Assembly (NCBI RefSeq): GCF_009914755.1
Contig: NC_060937.1
Length of the DNA stretch: 64,000 bases
Source of the DNA: the human T2T-CHM13v2.0 reference genome, Homo sapiens
Direction: 5' to 3' (one strand)
The position numbers were made by a program, and so were the translations under genes. Each line of letters starts with the position of its first letter. Within the stretch, counting starts at the first letter, position 1. The notes under the pieces were generated by a model, which ran no database searches, was not told the origin of the DNA, and saw nothing but the letters and a program-made list of their open reading frames with translations. Positions 1 through 10,800 of the stretch are shown piece by piece.

Positions 1-372
1 AGAGAGGCCAGCGGACCCCCTTGCACGTGAGCCGGGGTGCGCAATGAGCGCAGGGCTAGCCAGGAGGCCGGCAAAGAGGGCTAGAGGTCTGCGTTCCGCA
101 GCCAGGCACTCCATGGTGGCAGCTGAGAGGCTGCAGGGGCACGGACGGACCGGTGACGGTAGCGCGGAGGCGCAGAGGAGGTGAGCCGTCGGAGGGTTGT
201 CAGGCCTGGACGCTGGGTGGGCCTGAGGTTTTGAAGGACGTGGGTCTCCATCCAGCCCAGGGGAAGACGCATTTTACGGAGGTGGGAGCTGGGGTTCGGG
301 AGGGGGTGGATAGGCCGGGTTGGGGTGGTGGAAAGGCATTAGAGCTCTGTCGGCGCTGCTCCGAAAGCTCAG
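1..372 (-). repeat. Diverged D4Z4/LSAU (3.3-kb repeat family) fragment equivalent to DUX4 intron 2 and the 5' part of exon 3 (pLAM); no homeobox ORF in the window
   Basis: Reverse complement includes GGAGCAGCGCCGACAGAGCTCT, CCCCTGGGCTGGATGGAGACCC, CAGCGTCCAGGCCTGACA, CCCCTGCAGCCTCTCAGCTGCC and CCTCCTGGCTAG|CCCTGCGCTCATTGCGCACCCCGGCTCACGTGCAAGGGGGTCCGCTGGCCTCTCT. These are colinear with the distal 4q35 D4Z4/pLAM sequence as recalled (CTTCCTGGCTAG|ACCTGCGCGCAGTGCGCACCCCGGCTGACGTGCAAGGGAGCTCGCTGGCCTCTCT). GC- and CpG-rich, unlike the rest of the window. Confidence 0.85.
56..80 (-). promoter_or_regulatory. Putative splice acceptor homologous to the DUX4 exon 3 acceptor
   Basis: Minus strand reads CCCTCTTTGCCGGCCTCCTGGCTAG|C: a pyrimidine-rich tract followed by AG (positions 57-56) at the position homologous to the DUX4 intron 2/exon 3 boundary. 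Actual usage is unknown. Confidence 0.5.
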
Positions 373-3300
373 TATATAACTTATATTTGATATACTTTCA
401 TATTTTATGTACATAATATAATATACATTTGATGTACTTTCATATTTTATGTACAGTATATAATGTATGGGTACTTTGATATTTTATGTACAGTATAAAA
501 TATATAGTTTGGGTACTTTGATATATTATGTACAGTATATAATATATGTTTGGGTACTTTGATATTTTATGTACAGTATACAATATATATTTGGTGTACT
601 TTGATATTTTATGTACAGAACAGAATATATATTTGGGGTAATTTGATATTTTATGTAGAGAATATAATATATATTTGATGTACTTTGATGTTTTATATAC
701 ACAATATAATATATGTTTGATGTATTTTCATATTTAATGTACACTATATAATATATACTTTGGGTACTTTGATATTTTATGTCCAGTATAACATATATAC
801 TTGGGGTAGTTTGATATTTTATGTACAGTATATAATATATACTTTGGGTACTTTGATATTTTATGTACAGTATATAATATATAGTTTGCATACTTTGATA
901 TTTTATGTACAGTATATTATATATAGTTTGGGTACTTTGATATTTTATGTAGAGTTTATAACAAATGTTTGGGTACTTTGATATTTTGTGTACAGTATAT
1001 AATACATACTTTGGGTACTTTGATACTTAATGTACAGTATATAATACATGTTTGGGTACTTTGATATTTTATGTACAGTATAGAATATATATTTGGTGTA
1101 CTTTGATATTTTATTTACAGAATAAAATATATATTTGATGTACTTTCATATTTTATGTACAGTATATAATATATACATTGGGTACGTTGATATTTTATGT
1201 ACAGTATATAATATATATTTGTTGTACTTTGAAATATTACGTACACAATATAATATATATTTGATGCACTTTCATATTTTATGTACAGTATTTAATATAT
1301 AGTTTGGGTACTTTGATATTTTATGTACAGTATATAATCTATAGTTTGGGTACTTTGATGTTTTATGAACATTATATAATGTATAGTTTGGGTAATTTGA
1401 TATTTTATGTACAGTATATAATATATAGTATGGCTACTTTGATATTTCATGTACAGAATAGAATATATATTTGGTGTACTTTGATATTTTATGTACAGTA
1501 TAGAATATATACTTTGTGTACTTTTATATTTTATGTACAATATATAATATATAGTTTCGGTACTTTGATATTTTATGTACAGTATATAATATATAGTTTG
1601 GGTAGTTTGATATGCTATGTGCAGTATATAATATATAGTTTGGTTACTTTGATACGTTATGTACAGTACATAATATATAATTTGGGTACATTGATTTTTT
1701 GTTACAGTATATAATATATAACTTGGGTACTTTGATAATTTATGTACAGTATATAATAAATACTTTGGGTACTTTGATATTTTATGTACAGTATATAATA
1801 TATACATTGGCTACCTTGATATTTTATGTACAGTATATAATCTATAGTTTGGATACTTTGATATTTTATGTACAGTACATAATATATACTTTGGATACTT
1901 TGATAATTTATGTATAGTATATAATATATAGTTTGGGTACTTTGATATTTCATGTACAGTATATAATATATATTTGGGGTAATTTGATATTTTATGTACA
2001 GTATATAATCTATATTTGATGTACTTTCATACTTTATGTACCTAATATAGTATATATGTGATGTAATTTTATATATTATGTACAGTATATAATGTGTAGT
2101 TTGGGTACTTTGATATTTTATGTACAGTATAAAATATATTGTTTGGGTACTTTGATATATTATGTACAGTATATAATATATAGTTTTGGTACCTTGATAT
2201 TTTATGTACAGTATGTAATATATAGATTCGGTACTTTGATATTTTATGTACAGTATATAATGTATAGTTTGGGTACTTTGATATTTTATGTACAGTATAT
2301 CATATATGTTTGGGTACATTGAAATTTCATGCAGAATATATAATATATATTATGGGTACTTTGATATTTTATGTACATTATATAATGAATATTTGGTGTA
2401 CTTTGATATTTTATGTACAGAATATAATATGTATTTGATGCACTTTCATATTTTCTGTTCATTATATAATGTATAGTTTGGGTACTTTGATATTTTATGT
2501 ACAGTATATAATATATATTATGGGTACTTTGATATTTTATGTAGAGTATAGAATATATATTTGATGTAATTGGATATTTTATGTAGAGTATATAATATAT
2601 ACTTTGGGTACTTTGATATTTTATGTACAGTATATAATATAAAGTTTGGGTACTTTGATATGTTATCTACAGTATATAGTATATAGTTTAGTTACATTGA
2701 TATGTTATGTAAAGTACATAATATATAGTTAGGGTACTTTGATTTTTTGTTACAGTATATAATATATAACTTGGGTACTTTGATAACTTATGTACAGTAT
2801 ATAATATATAATTTGGATAGATTTTTTATGTACAGTATATAATGTATAGTTTGGTTACTTTGATATGTTATGTACAGTACATAATATACAGTTTGGTTAC
2901 TTTGATTTTTTTGTACAGTATATAATATATAATTTGGGTACTTTGATAATTTATGTATGGTATATAATATGTATTTTGGGTACCTTGATATTTTATGTAC
3001 AGTCTATAATATATAGTTTGGTTACTTTGATTTGTTATGTAGAGTACATAATATATAGTTGGGTTACTTTGATATTTTTTGTACAGTATATAATATATTA
3101 TTTGGATACTTTGATAAATTATGTACAGTATATAATATATACTTTGGGTACTTTGATATTTTATGTACAGTATATAATATATAGTATGGGTACTTTGATA
3201 TTTTATGTACAGTATATAATCTATATTTGATGTACTTTCATATTTTTTCTACCTAATATAATATATATTTGATGTAATTTCATAATTTATGTACAGTATA

Positions 3301-6300
3301 TAATGTATAGCTTGGGTACTTTGATATTTTATGTATAGTATAAAATATATAGTTTGGGTACTTTGATATATTATGTACAGTATATGATATATCTTTGGGT
3401 AGTTTGATATTTTATGTACAGTACAGAATATATAATTGGTGTACTTTGATATTTTATGTACAATATAGAATACATATTTGGTGTACTTTGATATTTTATG
3501 TACAGTAGATAATAAATATTTGGGTACTTTGATATTTTATGTATAATATAGAATATATACATGGTGTACTTTGATATTTTATGTACAGTATATAATATAT
3601 AGTTTGGGAACTTTGATATTTTGTGTACAGTAGATAATACATGTTTGTGTACTTTGATATTTTATGTGCAATATAGAATATATATTTGGTGTACTTTCAT
3701 ATTTTATGTACAGCATAGATTACATATTTGGTGTACTTTTATATTTTATGTTCATTATGTAATATATATTTCCGGTACCTTGATATTTTATGTAGAGTAT
3801 ATAATATATAGATTTGGTACTTTGATATTTTATGTACAGTATATAATATATAGTGTGTGTACTTTGATATTTTATGTATAGTATATGATATATATTTCGG
3901 GTACCTTGATATTTTATGTACAGTATATAATACATGTTTTGGTACTTTGATATTTTATGTACAGTATAGAATATATATTTGGTGTACTTTGCTATTTTAT
4001 GTACAGAATAAAATATAAATTTGATGTACTTTCATATTTTATGTACAGTATATAATATATAATTTGGGTACTTTGATATTTTATGTACAGTATATAATAC
4101 ATAGTATGGGTACTATGATATTTTATGTACAGTATATAATATATAGTTTTGGTACTTTGATATTATAAGTACAGTATACAATATATATTTTGAGTACTTT
4201 GATATTTTATGTCCAGTATATAATATATAGTTTTGGTACTTTGATATTTTATGTACAGTATATAATATATACTTTGAGAAATTTGATATTTTATGTACAG
4301 TTTATAATATATATTTTGTGTACTTTGATATTTTATGTATAGTATATAATATATATTTGGGGTACTTCAATATTTTATGTACAGTATATAATATATATTT
4401 TGTGTACTTTGATATTTTATGTACAGAATATAATATATATTGGATGTACCTTAATATTTTATGTCCAGTATATAATATATTTTTGGTACATTGATATTTT
4501 ATGTACAGTATACAATATATATTTTGGGTACTTTGATGTTTTATGTCCAGTATATAATATATAGTTTTGGTGCTTTGATATTTTATGTACAGTATATAAT
4601 ATATAGTTTGGGTACTTTGATATTTTATGTACAGTATATAATACATTATTTGGGTAATTTCATATTTTATGTAAAGTATATGGTACATAGTTTGGGTAAT
4701 TTTATATTTTATGTAGAGTATATAATACATATTTTGTGTAATTTGATATTTTATGTACAGAATGTGACATATATTTGGGGTCCTTTGATGTTTTATATAC
4801 AGCATAGAATATATATTTGTTTTACTTTGATATTTTATGTACAGTATAGTATATATATTTGGTATATTTTGATATTTTATGTACAGTATTGAATACATAT
4901 TTTGTGTACTTTGGTATTTTATGTATAGTATACAATATATATTTGGGGTACTTTGATATTTTATGTACAATATGTAATATATAGTTTGGGTACTTTCTTA
5001 TTTTATGAACAGTATATAACACATAGTTTGAGTAGTTTGATATTTTATGTACAAAATAATATATATATTTGCTGTGCTTTGATATTTTATGTACAGTATA
5101 TAATATTTGTCTGTTGTACTTTTATGTTTTATTTACAGTATATAATATATATTTTGGGTTCTTTGATATTTTAAGGACAGTATAGAATATGTATTTTGCA
5201 TACTTTGATATTTTATGTATAGTATAGTATATATATCTGGTGTGCTTTGATATTTTATATACAATATGGAACATATATTTTGAGGACTTTTATATTTCAT
5301 GTACAGCATAGAATATATATTTAGTGTACCTTGATATTTTACGGACAGTATAGAATATATATATTTTGTACTTTCATATTTTATATACATAATAGAATAT
5401 ATTTTTGCTGTACTTTGATATTTTATGTACAGTATATAAAATATATTGCGGGTACTTTGATATTTTATCTACAGTATTTAATATATAGCTTGGGTACTTT
5501 GATATTTTATGTACAGTATATAATATATATTTTGGTTGATTTAATATTTTATGTACATTATAGAATATATATTTGGTGTAGTTTTATATTTTATGTACAG
5601 TACAGAGTATATATTTGGTGTATATTGATATTTTACGTACAGTATAGCATATATATTTGGTGTAGTTTATATTTTATGTACCGAATATAATATACAGTTT
5701 GCGTAGTTTGATATTTTATGTACAGTATATAATATATAGTTTGGGTACTTTGATATTTTATGTATAGTATATAATATATACTTTGGGTATTTTGATAATT
5801 TATATAGAGTTTATAATATATATTTCATGAAATTTGATACTTTATGTACAGTATATAGTATATAATTTGGGTGCTTTGATATTTTTTGTACAGTATATAG
5901 TATATACTTTGTGTACATTGATATTTTATGTATAGTATATTATATATACTTTGAGTACTTTGAAATTCTATGTACAGTATATAATATACACTTTGCGTAC
6001 TTTGATATTTTATGTAGAGTATAGAAAATATATTACGTGCACTTTGATATTCTATGTACAGTATAGAATATATATTTGGTGTACTTTCATATTTTATGTA
6101 CAGTATAGAATATATATTAGCTGTAATTTGATATTTTATATACAGTATAGAATATATATTTAGTGTACTTTGATATTTTTTCTGCACTATAGAATATATA
6201 TTTCATGTAGTTTGATAATTGATGGACAGTATAGAATACATATTTGATGTACTTTAATAATTTATGTAGAGTATGGAATATATATTTGGTATACTTTGAT

Positions 6301-6890
6301 ATTTTATGTACAGTATATAATATATCATTTGTGTAATTTGATATTTTATGTAGAGTATAGAATATATAGTTTGGGTAATTTCATATTTTATGTACAGTAT
6401 ATAATATATATTTTGTGTAATTTGATATTTTATGAGCAGTATATAATATATAGTGAGGGTACTTTAACATTTTATGTACAGTATAAAATATATATTTTGG
6501 GTACTTTGATATATTTTGTACAGTACAGAATATATATTTTGTGTATTTTGGTATTTTATGTACAGTATAGAATATATATTTTGGGTAATTTACTATTTTA
6601 TGTACAGTATATAATACATAATTTGAGTTCTTCTATATTTTATGTACAGTATATAATATGTATTTAGGGTACTTTGAGATTTTATATACAATATGCAATA
6701 TATAGTTTGGGTACTTTGTTATTTTATGTACAGAATATAAAATGTAGTTGAGTACTTTGATATTTTATGTACTATATATAATATATAGTTTGGGTAATTT
6801 GATATCTTATGTACAGTGTATAATATATATTTGGTTACTTTGATATTTTATTTACAGTATATAATATATGTTAGGGTACTTTTATATTTC
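370..6890. repeat. Human Satellite 1A (HSat1A/SAR, 42-bp AT-rich monomer), about 155 copies
   Basis: Tandem 42-bp unit GTACTTTGATATTTTATGTACAGTATATAATATATAGTTTGG with two RsaI (GTAC) sites giving the classical 17+25-bp subunits. Reverse complement ACATAAAATATCAAAGT-ACCCAAACTATATATTATATACTGT is the known satellite 1 consensus. The ORF track shows the expected 14-aa periodicity. Confidence 0.96.
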
Positions 6891-7364
6891 ATTCCTTTCC
6901 ATTCCATTCCACTCGGGTTGTTTCCAATCCATTCCCTTCCATTCCATTTCATTGCTTTCCATTCCGCTCGGGTTGAATCCATTCCATTTCACTTCATTCC
7001 ATTACTTTCCTTTACAGTTGATTGCATTCCATTCCTTTCTATTCCATTCCCTTCCATTCCATCTCATTTCATTCCATCCTATTCCATTCCATTCCATTTC
7101 ATTCCATTCCATTTCATTCCATTCCGTCCCATTCCTTCCGACCCATTCCATTCCATTCCATTCCTTTCCATTCCATTCAATTCCATTCTATATCACTCCA
7201 TTCCACTCAGTTTGATTCCATTCCATTCCATTCCATTGCATTCCTTTCCACTGGGGTTTATTCCATTCTATTCCATTCCATTCCATTCCATTCTGTTCCA
7301 CTCCGGTAGTTACCATTCCAATCAATTCCCTTCCTTTCAGTTCCATTCCACTCGAATTGATTCC

Positions 7365-7890
7365 ATTCCATTCCATTCCATTCCATTCCATTCCACTCCA
7401 TTTCATTCGGGTTGTTTGCTTTCCATTCTATTCCATCCCATTCCATTCCATTCCATTCCATTACATTACATTACATTACATTCCTTCCCCTTCCATTCCA
7501 CTGCATTCTATTCCATTCAATTCCATTCCACTCCACTCCATTCCATTCCATTCTATTCCACTCGGGTGGATTCGATTCCATTCCATTCTAATCCATTCCA
7601 TTCCATTCCATTCCACTTGTGTTCATTCCATTCCATTCCATTCCATTCCATTCCATTCCATTCCACTCCATTTCATTCGGGTTGTTTGCTTTCCATTCTA
7701 TTCCATCCCATTCCATTCCATTCCATTCCATTCCATTACATTCCTTCCCCTTCCATTCCACTCCATTCTATTCCATTCAATTCCATTCCACTCCACTCCA
7801 TTCCATTCCATTCTATTCCACTCGGGTGGATTCGATTCCATTCCATTCCAATCCATTCCATTCCATTCTATTCCACTTGTGTTCATTCCA
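7365..7890 (+). repeat. ~265-bp tandem duplication inside HSat3
   Basis: CGGGTTGTTTGCTTTCC at 7408 and 7678; CTCGGGTGGATTCGATTCC at 7561 and 7821; CACTTGTGTTCATT at 7614 and 7874. Confidence 0.9.
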
Positions 7891-10800
7891 TTCCATTCAA
7901 TTCCATTCCATTCCATTTCATTCCATTCCATTCCATTCCATTCCATTCCGTTCCTTTCCATTCCATTCCATTCCACTCGGGTTCCTTCCATTCTGTTCCA
8001 TTGCATTGCATTCCATTCCATTCATTTCCATTCCATTCCATTCCACTCCACTCGGGTTGATTGCATTCCATTCCATTCCATTCAATTATATTCTATTCCA
8101 GTTGATTCCATTCCTTTCCATTCCATTCCATTCCCTTCCATTCCATTCCGTTCCTTTGCATTCCATTCCATTCCCTTGCATTGGAATCGGGTTGATTCCA
8201 ATCCATTCCATTATATTTCAGTCCTTTCCATTCCATTCTATTCCACTCGGGTTGTTTCCATTATGTTGAATTCCATTCCATTCCATTCCATTCCATTGCA
8301 TTCCATCGCATTCCATTGCACTCGGGTTGTTTCCATTCCATTCCATTGCATTCCATTCCATTCCATTCAATTCCATACCATTACATTCCTCTCGGTTTGA
8401 CTCCATTCCATACCATTGCATTCCATTACATTCCATTCCTATCCATTCCATTCCATTCTTTCCATTCCATTCCTTTCCCCTCGAGTTGATTCCATTCCAT
8501 TCTATTCCATTCCATACCTTTCCATTCCATTCAATTGCATTCCATTCCATTCCACTCAGGTTGATTCCATTCCATTCCATTCCATTCCACTCGGGTTGAT
8601 TCCATTCCATTCCATTCCATTCCATTCCATTCCATTCCATTCCTTTCCATTCCATTCCACTCGGGTTGATTCCACTCCATTCCATTCCATTCCGTTCCGT
8701 TCCGTTCCGTTCCGTTCCATTCCATTCCATTCCACTCCATTCCATTCCACTCCATTCCATTCGGGTTGATTCCATTCCATTGCATTCCCTTCCAATCCAT
8801 TCCATTCCATTCCATTCGGTTTCATTCCATTCCATTCCTTTCAATTCTGTTCCGTTACATTCCATTCCATTCCATTGCATTCCGTTCCATTCCATTCCAC
8901 TCGGGTTGATTCCATTCCATTCCATTGCATTCCATTCCGTTCCATTCCATTGCGTTCTATTCCATTCCATTCCATTCCGTTCCATTCCTGTCTGGTTGAT
9001 TCCATTCCATTCCATTCCATTCCATTTCTCTCGGATTGATTCCATACCATTGTATTCCATTCCATTCCATTCCATTCCGTTCCACTCGGGTTGATTCCAT
9101 ACCATCCCATTCCATTTGATTCCATTCCATTCCTCTCAGGTTGATTCCGTTCCATTCCATTCTATTCCAATCCATTCCATTCCACTCCGGTTGACTCCAT
9201 ACCATTCCATTCCATTCAATTCCATTCATTCCTTTACATTCCATTCCATTCCAGTCAGGTTGATTCCATTCCATTCCTTTCCATTCCATTCCATTCCACT
9301 CAGGTTGATTCCATTCCATTCCATTCCATTCCATTTCACTCGGGTTGATTCCATTCCATTCCATTCCATTCCATTCCATTCTGTTTGATTCCATTCCGTT
9401 TAATTTGTTTCCATTCCATTCCATTTCATTCCATTCCATTCCATTCCATTCCACTAGAGTTAATTCCATTCCGTTGAATTCCATTACTTTCCATTCCAAT
9501 CCATTCCATTCCATTCCATTCCATTGCGTTCCGTTCCACTCGGGGTGTTTCCATTCCATTCAATTCCTTTCCATTCCATTCTATTCCATTCCATTCCATT
9601 CCACTGAGGTTGATTCCGTTCATTCCATTCCATTCCATTCCTTTCCATTCCAGTTGATTCCATTGCCTTCCATTGCATTCCATTCCACTCCCGTTGATTC
9701 CAATCCATTCAATTCCCTTCCATTACACTCAGGGTGATTCCATTCCATTCCATTCCATTCCATTCCATTCCATTCCATTCCATTCCCCTCGTGTTGATTC
9801 CATTCCATTCCATTCCATTCCATTCCATTCCATTCCATTCCATTTCACTCGGGTTGATTCCATTCCATTCCAATGCATTTTATTCCATTCCCTTCCATTC
9901 CAATCCATTCCATGCCATACCATTTCCCACGGGTTGATTCCATACCATTGCATTCCATTCCATTCCATTCCTTTCCATTCCATTCCATATCATTCCACTA
10001 GTGTTGATTCCATTCCATTCCATTCCATTCCTTTCTATTCCAATCCAATGCATTCCACTCGTGTTAATTCCTTTCCATTCCATTGCATTCCATTCCATTC
10101 CTTTCAAATCCATTCCCTTCCATTCCATTCCACTCGGGTTGACTCCGTTCCATAACATTGCACTCCATTCCTTTCCATTCCATTCCATTCCTTTCCATTC
10201 CATTCCATTCCACTCGGGTTGATTCCATTCCATTCCATTCCATTCCACTCCATTTCATTCGGGTTGATTCCTTTCCATTCTATTCCATCCCATTCCATTC
10301 CATTCCATTACATTACATTCAATTCCTTCCCCTTCCATTCCACTCCTTTATATTCCATTCAATTCCATTCCATTCCACTCCATTCCATTCCATTCTATTC
10401 CACTCGGGTTGATTCGATTCCATTCCATTCCTTTCCATTCCATTCCATTCCTTTCCATTCCATTCCACTCGGGTTGATTATATTCCATTCCATTCCATTC
10501 CGTTCCATTCCATTCCATTCCATTCCATTCCATTCCATTCCATTCCAGTCGGGTTGAATTCATTCCATTCCATTACACTCCATTTCATTTTTGTTGATTC
10601 CATTGCATTCCATTCCTTTATATTCCATTCCATTCTGTTCCATTCCATTCCATGCTATTCCACTAATATTGATTCCATACGAATCCTTTCCACTCCTTTC
10701 CTTTCCTTTCCATTCCTTTCCATTCCATTCCTTTCCATTCCACTCGGTTTGGTTCCATTCCACTCCATTCCCTTCTATTCCATTCCATTCCATTCCACTC

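Noticed and set aside
81-416. ORFs 81-272 (-) and 153-416 (+) as DUX4-family coding sequence
   Set aside because: No homeodomain. The segment corresponds to non-coding intron 2/3' UTR, and the + ORF runs into satellite.
526-6667. ORFs with YILYIKYQST / GTLIFYVQYII repeats (up to 222 aa)
   Set aside because: The 42-bp monomer is a multiple of 3, so stop-free frames arise automatically. They overlap on both strands and show no gene structure.
6816-8060. Longest ORF (414 aa) spanning the HSat1A/HSat3 junction
   Set aside because: Non-ATG (GTG) start inside satellite, and the body is poly-FHSIP from CATTC, which has no stop codon in any frame.
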